Assembly (NCBI RefSeq): GCF_031769215.1
Contig: NW_026782650.1
Coordinates: 62,001-126,000, forward strand
Length of the DNA: 64,000 nt
DNA from: Ylistrum balloti
Lineage: Eukaryota
Direction: 5' to 3'
Shown here: positions 44,976-58,143 of the stretch, piece by piece
Position numbering within the stretch: the first letter of the stretch is position 1
How the letters are laid out: each line of letters opens with the position of its first letter
Position numbers and translations under genes: made by a program
The notes under the pieces: generated by a model
The model's database searches: none
What the model was told of the DNA's origin: nothing
What the model saw: only the letters and a program-made list of their open reading frames with translations

Positions 44976-45235
44976 GGTATCTGTGCTTCTGTTCCCTCAA
45001 TACGAACTCGGTTTTAATATACTTTTTCAGTTCTGATGAGTAAAGTAAGTCTTATTTTCCGTCCGTACCTCAGCACTATTGCACGCCTTTGCTATTTCCA
45101 CGTCTTTCATGTCCTTGTAACACAGGTCAAAACTTGTTATGGATTGAAGAGCACAGTCGACACAGATTATTGCTAAGAGAGGAAGTCTTAACACGCATGC
45201 GTTGTTTCTAATCACTTTCACTTCCGTAAACAAAT
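44976..45235. promoter_or_regulatory. Bidirectional promoter NUDC / uncharacterised gene
   Basis: Only 260 bp separate the divergent ATGs. Contains an NRF1-like palindrome ACGCATGCGT (45193-45202) and ETS-like GGAAGT (45181) and ACTTCCG (~45220). Confidence 0.7.
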
Positions 45236-48200
45236 ATGTCGACAGCAAGTTTCAGACGAAGTCCAGGCTTCAGGAATCCAGATGAAGATTTCGTCTTGCA
45301 TGGACGCTCTTCTTCCTTCTGGTAAATGAGGATTATGCATTCTTTAGTACTTTTTGCCAAAATATAAAAGGATCGATAGCAAAGAACGTTGCATTCTTGA
45401 ATGTCAAATTGTCATCTGCAGAATTCTGCAATTTCCCAATGATAGAAAAAAAAACTTAAAGAACTTTCTAATGCATTTTTTCCCGTGATATGAAACTGGA
45501 ATGTATGATTTGTTTGCTTTTTTTGTAGTTGTTGAATATCTTGCATCAGTCGATATGTTCGTCAGCTGATAATAACTTACCGGTATTTAACTATACTTAG
45601 AAAGGCGGGAAATTTAAGATATGTTAATGCTTGTTCAAACAAAAGAAGTATGTCTAAGCTAATCTAATTTTCTGGCAACAGACACAGAAGTTTCTATTAA
45701 GATATAACAGTCAATTTGCTAAATTTGAAACGCAGCGAAATATATAGTGTAAAAACCATAGACCTAACTTGTACAGTATCTTCAAAACATAAATGTTTGA
45801 CTTTCACAACACATTGGTGGTATCACTGCATCAGTTATTTATTCTTGATAAACTGTATGTGTTTTCCTAATAATACCAGAGATGTATATATCACGTCTCT
45901 GATAATACTAGCCATTGAAACAAACTATTTAAATTGTGAACATAAAGTTATCTTAATTTTTGCATTGTGTACATTCTACTCTATACACATTATACAGTTC
46001 TGTCTAAATATCAAGAAATCATTTGAAACTTCAGTTATAAATTTGTCACACAAATAAAGAGCTGCTACAAAACAAGTTACAACTCTCCTTTCCATTAGAT
46101 AAAAAAAGAGCTAGTATGGATTGTTTGATAAAAAATATTGTTTGCATGGTTCTAGTTACAAATTTAAGGATGTTGATACTGCTTTATACAGGTGTGCTTA
46201 AAATAAAAGGAAAAACAGAGAGAGAGAAGAAAAAAATGGAAAAGAACTTCAATAAGGTTCTATTTAATTTTTTTTCTTTGAAAAAATTTCCATTTCTTAT
46301 CTGAAACAAAATTCATTATACTGTTCTTTTCTGTGTACATTTGTGATATGTTTAGATGAGCGAATAATACATTACAACAATATTAAGCATTTCTTTTTCT
46401 AATTTCAGGGAAAAACCAGCTTATTTGACCAATTCCCAAATAACAAATTCTTCGACAAGGCTTACAAGTCAACACACAATGTTTAACCCAGCAAAATACA
46501 GTGACAGACACTATGTCAAATCCCTGGGAGATATAGCAAATAATTTAGGAAACCTCAGTGCAAATCTTGACAAAAGTGTCTCTTTCAGCAAAAAATTGCA
46601 ATCCAAAGAATTTAGCAATAAGTCTCTCACAAACTTCATTAACACTGAAGATGAATTATCCCAACTCCGCTCACAGAGTTCAGACTTGAGCTTTAGAGGT
46701 CAGCCATTAAGGGTAAATGAAAATGATTGGTTAAACAGATCAAACTCCTGGATGTCTCAAAACATAACCAACAAATACAAGACAAGTAATCCCTACAAAG
46801 GTGAGATGGATGAAGAGGAGGAATTTACAAAGCAGGAAAAGATAGAGTACCCTCTTAGTACCAATGACTCTCTGTCTCTCAGATTCTTCCCTGTCACTAT
46901 GTCTGCTCCTTATGAACTTTCTTATTTAGATATCAATGTTCCTTCCACAAAAAAACACAGCATACGACCTAAATCTGCTCCACGTTTTACAACTTCCAAG
47001 CCTAGTAAATCCCAGTCAAAAGTGGGCCCATTCACCAGGAGTGATGTAGACAAAATGTTTCTTATGTCATCTGAGGCCCCAGCTACAGGTAAAACATCTA
47101 CAAATACCATTTCTTAAAACTTAAAAAAGAAGTCACATATATATGCTTTGTTTACTGTATAGATACTTTGTGGGAAAAGAAATGTTTGTAATATAATATA
47201 ATCTGTTCAAATTAATGAAGTTTTAGGCTCTCTTTAGTTAACCCTAAATCAGTGAGAAACCTTAAACAAAAATGTACTAATTTGGGTATAATGACCTGTA
47301 TTTGAGAAAGTGATAGTGTAAAATGTTTGTAGTTATTATTTATTGAAGACGAACAAAAATTAAGATATACCATAGTAATGGAACTATAGTCATTTCCAAA
47401 ATCAAAATCAAATGCAAGTGAGAAATTATGGCTCTTTCCCCACAACACAGATTACAGATATAATTGTATTTTATGATAATTCTGTCACACATCCTATAGG
47501 TACCTTATTGCACTATTTTAATCTACTAAGCTGAAAAGAAGTAGGACAATTCTTATTTTCTTTGTTCTCTTAGATATAGATATCTGATACCCTTTCTTTA
47601 CATACTATGCTCTTTGTTTCTGTAGTATGCTGCTAATCATGGATCACTTCTTATATGAAATTTCCAAGAAATGTAATGATAAATGTTGTTAACAACAATA
47701 AACAGTAATCTGATTTGATAGAGACAATTGCCTCATCAGTATATCAATATCTATCACAGAATTTGACAATTGATAAGCAAACTGATTCCTTTGAAACAAG
47801 TTTATATCACTCTTAAACTCTGAGATTTTTGGAATGGTTTGTGTCCAAAATTAAATTTGTACTTTTTAAAATTTTACACTGCAATGAAATCATTTTATAT
47901 ATATATATATACATATATTTTGTTTTCACTCAAAACTGTCCATTTCTTTTTCAAAGCCTTGTCATCAAAAGTGATTACTTCCCCATACCAGCCAGAGATT
48001 GCCAGACTACGTATGGAACGTCTACGTATTGAGCAGGATAGGCTGCTGGAGATGAAACGCTTTGAAGAAATAGAACGGATTCGTGGACCAAACCCTAGAT
48101 GGTATTTTTTTTGTTGTTGTTTTTTTTCTCTCAGAAATGAAATTTTAACAAGAGACCAATTAAGTTTGTTATGCTGTATCAATTGGAAAAGTTAAAATTT

Positions 48201-49470
48201 AACATATCACATTGGCCATCTCACATTTGATAACTATTAGGCTTAGGTAGAGCTACGTCTTGAGGATGAGTGGTGGTGTGTGGTGGGGGTGGAGATCTTG
48301 AGGATGAGTGGTGGTGTGTGGTGGGGGTGGAGATCTTGAGGATGAGTGGTGGTGTGTGGTGGGGGTGGAGATCTTGAGGATGAGTGGTGGTGTGTGATGG
48401 GGGTGGAGATCTTGAGGATGAGTGGTGGTGTGTGTGTGTGTGGGGGGGGGGGTGGAGATCTTGAGGATGAGTGGTGGTGTGTGTGGTGTGTGTGGGGGGG
48501 GGGGGTGGAGATCTTGAGGATGAGTGGTGGTGTGTGATGGGGGTGGAGATCTTGAGGATGAGTGGTGGTGTGTGTGTGTGGGGGGGGGTGGAGATCTTGA
48601 GGATGAGTGGTGGTGTGTGGTGGGGGTGGAGATCTTGAGGATGAGTGGTGGTGTGTGATGGGGGTGGAGATCTTGAGGATGAGTGGTGTGTGTGTGTGTG
48701 TGTGGGGGGGGGGTGGAGATCTTGAGGATGAGTGGTGGTGTGTGGGGGGGGGTGGAGATCTTGAGGATGAGTGGTGGTGTGTGGTGGGGGTGGAGATCTT
48801 GAGGATGAGTGGTGGTGTGTGGGGGGGGGGGTGGATATCTTTAGGATGAGTGGTGGTGTGTGGTGTGTGGGGGGGGGGGGTGGAGATCTTGAGGATGAGT
48901 GGTGGTGTGTGTGGGGGGGGGGTGGAGATCTTGAGGAAGAGTGGTGGTGTGTGGTGGGGGTGGAGATCTTGAGGATGAGTGGTGGTGTGTGGTGTGTGAG
49001 TGGGGTGTGTGGGGGGGGGGGGTGGAGATCTTGAGGATGAGTGGTGGTGTGTGGTGGGGGTGGAGATCTTGAGGATGAGTGGTGGTGTGTGGTGGGGGTG
49101 GAGGGACATCTTACAGAGTATTATTTATAAAGATTGGTCTCCATTTTTCTTCTTCAGTCTCACGAATTTGTTCCAGGGGAGTGGACCATACCATTTAAAG
49201 TAACATTTAGTTTGTTGGCCCAGTGATGTTGTGCCCCAATTTTGTCATTATGAAAAACTAAGGTAAATTCAAAGATGAAGAGGTTCTTATTAATACATTC
49301 ATTCTTTACATTGCAGGTATGAGTCTAAAGGTCCAGACTTCCACTATGAGTGTAGTAAAAATACAGAATTGATGAAACATGAAAACCATTGGGATGAATT
49401 GGTGGATTATCGCAACAGTCTGTTAAAATCTTCAGATGATTTCAGGAAGTCATATGAAACATTTGCCTAA
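45236..49470 (+). CDS. Uncharacterised 354-aa protein (low-complexity S/N-rich middle, charged helical C-terminal domain)
   Basis: Exons 45236-45321, 46409-47088, 47957-48101, 49317-49470 (1065 nt) join in frame through GT-AG sites. C-terminus YQPEIARLRMERLRIEQDRLLEMKRFEEIERIRGPNPRWYESKGPDFHYEC... is not recognised. Confidence 0.8.
48258..49103. repeat. G/T-rich tandem repeat (~38-bp unit, ~20 copies) with variable (GT)n and G-run tract
   Basis: Constant GGTGGAGATCTTGAGGATGAGTGGTG separated by variable GT/G tracts, in intron 3 of the uncharacterised gene. Confidence 0.95.
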
Positions 49471-52236
49471 ATTGTCTGTGGTTCATACACTATGTAGTCC
49501 ATATTTTACCAGTCTACTTCACTTCAAGTTAATAAAGCAAACAAAGTATTATGACAAAGAAAATTCAGACAAAGTTGGTGGGTGACATATATGTTCTCTT
49601 CCTCAAAGAAAAGATTTCAGGTTGATGACAGGGAACTTGATTCTATGAGTTATCATAGAAAGGGTGAAGGAAATTTTTTTTTTCCATTATTCAAATAGAC
49701 AAAATATTCTATAAAAAACTTATTTAAGGAATATTTGATCCAAACAAGACTACAGGTATTTAATAATATGAAAGGATTTGTTTCTACTTGCTTTTACTGT
49801 GTACAATGGAAAGAAGAAATCTTTCAAATTCAGGTTTTTATCATAGCAGTATTGATATGTATAAACATTTCACATTGTAATTTATTTATAACATTATTCA
49901 ATTACACAAGTAATGATTATTGGTACATGTATATGTATAGAACAGAAATAAACTGGAAACTAACATTGACCAATGATGGAAAACATGAAATCACTTATTT
50001 GTTTCATCGGTTTTACAGCAGCAACATTAGGACATGTAGAAGATATATCATTTACCTATGTGAAAAGAAGCATTACATATTTTGAATTCTTTGTTGGTAG
50101 TTTTCCTGTTTTTACATTTTTTGCTTAAAGCTTTTCATTTTATTGTGTTACTATTCTTTTAATATGTTGTGTCCATAGAGATTTGATTGTTATAAATATG
50201 GAGCATTGATTCGGGTTTGTTATGTTAAAATCACAATAGTACAAAAAAGTACCTAGTATATGTGGAGTATTAGGTTCAATATTGAAAGTGAGTACCTGTT
50301 GTTTTTAAGTTAGATTGACATGTATTTTTGCAATATGTGTGAGACACACAATATAGCAAAGCTGTGATATAGACATTTTTTTAAATACATGGTTGGTTTG
50401 TTAAGTTTTAAAGTCTCTTCTGTGTGTTATATATATTACTTCATCATGTGAGAATGGGATGCTAGACTTATCAGATTGTCAAAAGTTCCTGTTTTGTTAT
50501 GGTAACTTGTACAGGCACCAGTGAAAATTTATATTTATCACACAATGTACAACCATAGGTCCCATTCCAACATGTCTCCTGGTTAACTGTGTAATGTGTA
50601 TGGAGCAGTGAAGGGTAAACAGTTTACATCTAAAACTATACTATGTACATATATACAGTATGTATTTTTTTGTTTACTTTTCAAAGGAGCTACTGCTAAT
50701 TTCAGTGTTATATTTATCTTTGTAAAACACCCATAATTGACTATACCAAGGCAGCAATATTGTTATCAGGGATATATACTAATATATCGCTCTACATCAC
50801 TGCTGTTACAGAGTTCAGGAATTTTAGTAATATGTGTCAAAAGTTGGATACTGGGTTGGATTTGACATGTACAAATTTCATACATGTATATTTTCAATTT
50901 GGAGAAATTTTTCTATCAATTAAGATTTCATCTTGTGGGTATTGTCTCCTGTGATACATTCTGTTTTAATAGTAGTGAGAGCTTCATTAAGTTTTTATTG
51001 GCACTGTCTGACAGATGCCTGTCACTGTAATCACCATCTTACATGTGGTGATTGTTGAATCTCATCATTGCAAAAAAACATATCATTGTTTTTACCCTGG
51101 ATGGAAAATAATTTTATTTGTTGAAGAATTTGTTACCCACATTAATAATATTGACTGTATGAGAAGGATGCAAGTTTTATAAAACTATAATAACTAATTT
51201 ATTCTTTCTATAAATAGACACATTAAAAACATTTGGTATTGTTTTCCTTGGTCAGATATAAGAAAAATCTAGTGTACTTAAAATGTAAGCATTACCTTAT
51301 TCTTTTAATTTTATTTTCAAATGATAACATGTCATATACCAGTACACATTCCAATTCATTAACATTTTTTAAAACTAATTCATCAATAATTTTCAATAAA
51401 TATAGAATTACATATATGTATAAGGAATGACATGATGAAGACAATATGAAATAAAATATTTCACTGCTGAAAGCCTCTATAAAGGCTGATGTGTTTTGCT
51501 CAAAAATCTGAAATAGAAAGTAATCACATCCTTTTGTACTGCATACATTTGTACCAACCACAGTTGGTGTTAAAGTATCTGTACACAGATTCATTTTAAC
51601 ATATCTTCTGTTGCCAGTTATAATTATCATCACTTGCTTACCTATGTATTATTGTTGTAGATTAAACAGAAAAAGAAATAAACAATTGCACATGATAATA
51701 TACATGTTGTTGTTTTCAAAACAGTTCCTTATTTATTCATACTTTAGGCAGACTCTTTCAAAAACAAAGGTAGTAGTTTTTCAATCCACTCCCACACTAT
51801 AATTGCCCAAAGCTTTTGTGTTTTCTATCTAATGTTTTGCTTCCCAACAACATTCAAAATGTATCATGACTGTCCACAGATATCCCAAAAGCTAATGTTG
51901 TAGGACAAGTTCAGACACAGGCATTGGGTAAACTGATAAGACATAAACATGAAATGATCAAGTACATTGCAATGTAGGATTATAAACTAATTCCTGACTA
52001 TTTTTGCATTTTGTGCAAGCATACATTATGACATTAGCCTGCAAAGCTGTGTCATTTTTAGCAACCATAAATGCCATATCAAGACATTACAATGTCACAT
52101 TCAATACTCATTAACCACTGTATACAATCCAGTTAATTACAAAGGTTCAACAACTACATCAAAGTGAGTAACAATATTGGAACACATCAGTAGTAAATGT
52201 AGATTGCAACTCTCATTTATTTCGGTCCTTCCTGTT

Positions 52237-54960
52237 TCAACATATCAAAATGTCCAGTCCAGCATGATGTAAGAGAGATCCAAAACACCTCTCTCGTTGC
52301 CCCTCATACGGCGTCAGCTCTGAGATAATGGGCTGTAAGAATTTGTCCTGTTCGTCCAGACTCTGACTGTCCACCTCCAGGTGTAAGGCCGACAATACTG
52401 CCAATCCATCACCAACCTTACATGTTATGGCCCCTAACGGCTGACCTTTGACCTCGGAAAAATGACAAAGAATATTCTCTACAGTTCCGCATTGTTTGTA
52501 ATTAAAGCTTTCATCTTGTTTTACTTCTGTTTTCGTTTCCAGTACACCCAACACGTCTGTCCTTGGCCTCTTGACGAATTTTGTCATCCTCACCACTAAG
52601 GTCTTGGTCGTAGCTTTCCGAGTCTCTAGTAATTTTACTACTGTTGAACAACTCCTGTGGCAGAAACATCCCGCCACCATTATAGTAACCAAGCAAGGAG
52701 ATGCTCTGTTTAGGGCTCCAGTAAGGGTCTGAGAATTCAACTGGAACTGCTCTGGCACTGATCTTGATATTGTAGTTGTAGGGGCCATGGACAGGGCCAA
52801 CACATACACCTGTAATTTATAAACCAATACTAACACTTGTTACATAAACCCAAACACACTCAGCTGTAATACATATCCAATACAACAAGGCTCTAATGTA
52901 TAGATAGAATGCTAGTGGAACTTGCCACCATATTGTACATGTAGTTGTATGGGTCATAGCACACAAAACAAACGCATGTTTACCTGTAATTTAAGCCCAC
53001 CTGCCCAGCATTAAATTCTCCCTTTAAACAACTTCTAAATCATTGAAAGGCCAGGTGTAATGATATTGGCTTGTAACATGCTGCATGAATGGCTACCAAG
53101 TTTATTCATATGAATGACCTTGATTAAATTTAAGATCAAGGGTACTCTGGTTTTCCCCCACAATAAGACCCCTCATGTGCATTTATCCCGGCCAACAAGA
53201 GTGATTAATATAAGCTGGAAAAACTTGTTTCGCAATTGTAAAATAAATGAAGTCTATTATTATTACATTGCTGTTGTAGTAACAAGACCAACATATTTGT
53301 CTTTAAAAGAGATAGTTTATACAACAGTTGATACTGTGTTAATCTTGACAAAGTATCAAGTCTACAACTTTGGTTTTAGAAGAATATATCAGCTAAGTAA
53401 ATCTACAAAATAGGAAATCGAAACAAAAACATTATTTCTTTATCACCTGACTAAGATTAAACATGGTCATTGTAGTCATGTCTGTAGGGTACCGCTAGTT
53501 ATTTACCACAATTTCTCAGTATGACTACTTTGTCATCATCAATATTGTTACTTGAATGTGGCTATTTTGTCAGAGTGGATATTTAATAATTCTGTGTTTC
53601 TTATGTCTTCAGTGTCACATCTTTGTTCATCATCATGTCCCCAGTGTGGTTATTTTGTCACTGTGTGTCTGCAGTGCTGTTGTTTACATGATATACGGGA
53701 ATAGGTTTCAGGGAAGTTGTTAGTTGTTCCAAGCTGGAAAATAATGAATTCTGAAAACTGAATACCATGAAAAACTTACCTGGGAAAAACTTAAGTATTC
53801 TGTCTCCACACACCTGCTGTGGGCCATCTTTGTCAAACTCTATGCTGTTACATGCAAAGTAAGCCCCAGCACAAATACCTAGATATCTGCCACCAGCCCG
53901 TACATAATCACGAATTTTCAGCGTACCCTCATCTCCAAGTGCTCTAATGAAACCCAGATCATACCCTCCTCCTATCACATATAAAGCTGTGGTTGATGTC
54001 CAAGCTCCTAAAATATTGAAATTACAGAAATTTAAGGAAATATAATGGAGGCTCCAAATTAGTAATACTTGAGTCATTGTTTGAACTGTGTTTTTTTAAA
54101 TGTAACCAATGTACATTTCATAATATAACATAAGCTAATTGGCTTTCTTAGCAATTCAGTGCCTTCCTTTTTAGGTCAATTTTGTGATTAATGGTTTGTA
54201 GTTATTTAACATCATTGACCTCTTTTTTCTCTAATGTTAGGCCATAATTGGGTTTAAACTCTTTACATCTAGTGTATAAGTTATTCTCAGGATGACAGTT
54301 CTAGTTCTAATGGCTGGTTAGATAGCTCTGTGAACAGCCAGGATTAATTTGAGGTTGGGTTTCCTGAAATAACAGGTGGCTACCTCGCTGAACATACAGT
54401 AGTCTTGTTGTATGGTATTCAGAGCAATAAGGGTAAATTGTCTTGTCCATGGACACAATCACAGTTGCACAGACCTGTCTCCTGAGAAACATAAACCAAT
54501 TTGGGTAGGTATGTAATGCTTAGTCATGCACCTTGGATCTTCAGCTGCAGTTGGGCAAACATTGGAGAACTTTTCTTCTCTGTATGAATCATATTACATC
54601 ATAATACAAATGAGATGGGATAGGGAACTTGTCAAGTCTCCGTACAATCTGTAGGTTAGACATTTAATCTTTGTCAAGCTCAATGACAATTCAAAATACC
54701 TCACCACAAATACGTTTTCTTTCCAACAAAATTTTTTTACCCAAAAATTTGAACATTATAAACAGTATCAAATTACTTTCAAGGAATGAAATAATTGAAT
54801 CTATACCTTGTTTGGTTTCTTCAGCAGAAATGGTCCTGACTTTGTACTTATCTGGTGATACATATTTTGATATTTGTTTCAACAGTTGCTCAACATTTTC
54901 CTCTTTAGCACCCTCTCCTCTGTATATCAGCACATTCTTTAGACATGCACTGGACGACAT
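52237..54960 (-). CDS. Stand-alone biotin-protein-ligase N-terminal (BPL_N, class I glutamine amidotransferase-like) domain protein; last exon has a +1 frame discontinuity
   Basis: Exons 54960-54807, 54007-53780, 52809-52237. Motifs NVLIYRGEG, LYVIGGGYDLGF, IRDYVRAGGRYLGICAGAYFA, LKFFPG, YYNGGG, and in the +1 frame CKVGDGLAVLSALHLE. The 955 nt total (3n+1) means the simple model is broken; see findings. Confidence 0.75.
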
Positions 54961-56057
54961 GTTACGAAACGTTACTTTTCTACCAGCCTGCAAAGAAAAA
55001 TAACTGAAAGTAAATGCCAAATTATAACAAATACTGTTATATAAATACAAGATATTTTGTCAGAAATTCTCTAAGATGGGTAAGGAGTGATTTTTTATTA
55101 CATGTACAAATGTAGAGGTATGCAATGTATGATGTATACTGTCAGGTTGATTACATAAAATACTTTTAAAACATAGAAGTCAATCACAACAGGTGAAGAG
55201 GCATGGTTTCTAAATTTATTGTTGTCCACCAGTTCGCCCTCTTGGGCCCTTTTTCAGGGCACAATTTTACCCCTAAGGTACTAAAAATGAGGAGACATAT
55301 CCATCGTTAAATTGTGACGTATATAACATCCTTCAATCACGTTGTATACCTCCGTGTATCCAGACAAAGGATGTATATTGTGATGGTAACAAGCAGCTAT
55401 GCATAAAATACTTGGTACATGTGTGTAACACAGACGCGTAATTAAAGTTAACTGTTTCTATATTTTAAGGGGTTTCGCCATTCGAACTATACGACCCACA
55501 ACAGATTACGTGAGTCCGACGTTCTGCCGATAAGGATGTACGATAATAGCTCAAAAATAGCCCGTGGGTTATTTCGGCGATTATCATATGTTCTAAAGGA
55601 TCGAACGACGGACTCCTGTGAACATTATTAACAGATTAATATAGCAGTCGATTATTGTGTGGTTTGTTATTTTTAAATGTTATTGGAATTGAGTCTACAA
55701 TTACATGTTTTATCAGTGTATTCATGTACAATCGTTGTGATTCTGTTTGTGTACAGACTTAGCATTGCGCTAAGTATTCATGACATGCAACCTTGATGTC
55801 GAAAAGTTCCAGTTAACTTTAAAACACATACACGTAATAACCTTGGGAGATGTGTGCTCCACATGTATGTACGTCTTCCGGTACAGCGGTAAGACAAATC
55901 GAAAGTAGTTATCAAACGGAAGTTGATGAATGTTACACGGATCACGGATTTATTTCAAGCTCGTTCCGATCTCGCGCGGTGTTACTTCAATTCATTTTCT
56001 TCCATCAAAAGCTTGGTCAAGCTCAACGTTAACGTCCAAGCCGAAATCAGAGATTCC

Positions 56058-56061
<4 letters not shown>

Positions 56062-56110
<49 letters not shown>
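56062..56110. repeat. (CT)24 microsatellite
   Basis: Perfect CT dinucleotide run. Confidence 0.98.
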
Positions 56111-56118
<8 letters not shown>

Positions 56119-56539
56119 CATCATCAATTATTTATCAATGTTATCCAGGTAACAAACTAGCGCACGCAATGTTTTTGTCCGTAAAGTTGTGTTACTCATT
56201 ATTTCATTACATAGAACAATAGATGTAAAGACAACAGCACACGATTGTTTAATTCTAATGATATGGAGAAGCGGAGACTAGATAAACAGCAGATTCATTG
56301 GCTAAACCATAAACGAATCTGAAGTACTTGTGCACAGTGCATGGAAAGAGGCTAATGTAACAGCAATACACACTATTTTCAGTAGCATTCCATGAAAAAG
56401 TTGGTCTGATACAGGAAATATGGAAGCATTGAATGGAATATAACGATATAGGAAGATTAAACCAAAAAATGTGATTAGTAACGTTAATTAATAAGAAAAA
56501 ATAGTTTCGCATGCACTAGCTAATAGATAAAGATTATAC

Positions 56540-56850
56540 ATAAAACGATGCAGACAGAACAAAACGGGCACATAAAATAGATTTACAGGAATAACGATAT
56601 AAAAATTGGCGCTTTATTTTAAGATTTCAAACGGGCTTTTCAATTAATTAGGACTTTTGATCGGAAAACAACAACTGGTTGACCGGAAACCACCACCGAT
56701 GAAATGTTAAAAGATCTGGGGAAAAAAAGAAACTTAACCACGATTAGAAAATCTTTGGTAATAAATTCTTCAGCTATCCAAATAATAAGAAAAGAAACAT
56801 ATCTGAAAGTGTACTAATTTGGGGTTAAGCAAACGAAGGTCTTGTTTGAA
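56540..56850 (+). mobile_element. Possible highly decayed LINE reverse-transcriptase remnant
   Basis: IGALF*DFKRAF (56605-56640) resembles the RT GxxFxDFxKAF motif, and GVKQTKVL (~56822) resembles GVPQGSVL. Otherwise unrecognisable. Confidence 0.3.
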
Positions 56851-58143
56851 CAGACACTGAATCACTTGTAGAAATGTTGAATATTGGTTGGAGGAAAAAC
56901 CTGGTGGATAGATGCAAAGCGAACTAGAAAATAATTCCGAGGGAAATTCTGAACAAGTTTAAACTCAATCTACTTATTTTCAAAATCAACATAGAAAAGT
57001 AAGAAAACCTTACTAAAGAGGATTGTAGTAAAAAATAACCATAAATAAAATATAGATATACATACATGTTAGTTTAATAATTTATTCAGTTATCAGCAAT
57101 TTGACAGATAATTTTATGGGATAGGAAAACCCCCACCCCCCCCAAAAAAAAAAACAAAAAAAAAAAAAACAAAAAAAAAACAAATGCACATGTGGTGAAT
57201 AGAATAACAAAATGCAATTCCTAACATAAGTAGTGACGCCTTAACTTACTGGTCTGTAAAAAAATGGTTACCTTTTAGAGCTACTTTCTAATCTATGTAA
57301 CAATACATGATGTACAGTTTAATAAATAGAACAATGTATATAGAATATACATGTTACATAGGCTGTATACTAAACAAAAGCAATGAAATAGATTAAATAA
57401 AAAATCTTCATTTTTTTACAACGCTTTAACTAAAACACAATTAAACTCATAAATCGAATTCAATGGCTACAGCACCATTTAATGACATCAAAATGTACAA
57501 CCTCAGAACACCACATGTTAACCAAGTATTCCGCCAGGGAAATCCTTGACCAAACATTGTTATAAACAGAATTTTCAAAAAATGTAGCTAACGTATACGT
57601 ATATTGAAACTACATAGAGGGGAGCATTTCTTAATAAATTATTTCACGGTTGTTTATCATTGCAAAAAAAAACAAACAAACAAACAAACAAACCAACACT
57701 GAAAAGCCTCCAAGGGCTTTACAGTCTATAGGTTTACGCACATACACTTACATACATATTTGCAGAGCGATCTCCCACTTGCAGGTGTTTATAGACCCTA
57801 TGATATTGGCTTCCTGACGAAAAAATCCACTGAAAGCTACAAGTAAATATTAGAGAAAAACCTGTCAGTCATTTTTCAGGGGAAATCGAGAGAGCACAAA
57901 CGTTTTGTGGAAGAACGGCAGGCCTTGACTACGAACAATGAAAGAAGGGCAATTCGAAAGGCCCAACAAAGATATATAAAAGGATAATTGGAATTGTCTA
58001 TTTGTTTGGGCAGCACTCACATGTAACGAAATTTTGCTTGATTGTTGATATTTGTCGCAACAAAATAACGATGACTACATATTGCCACTTTAAACACCGC
58101 CTTTCGCAGTAACATAACGAAATGAGAGAAAAAAGAAACTTAC

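Noticed and set aside
11306-49103. Tandem arrays as CRISPR candidates
   Set aside because: Head-to-tail units without unique spacers, eukaryotic intronic context, no cas genes.
48243-49109. 288-aa Pro/His/Thr-rich ORF and overlapping ORFs
   Set aside because: Translation of the intronic G-rich tandem repeat; no splice or coding context.
52505-52513. Selenocysteine or stop read-through at the BPL_N TGA
   Set aside because: A TAA follows after two further codons in the same frame, so read-through cannot reach the conserved C-terminus.
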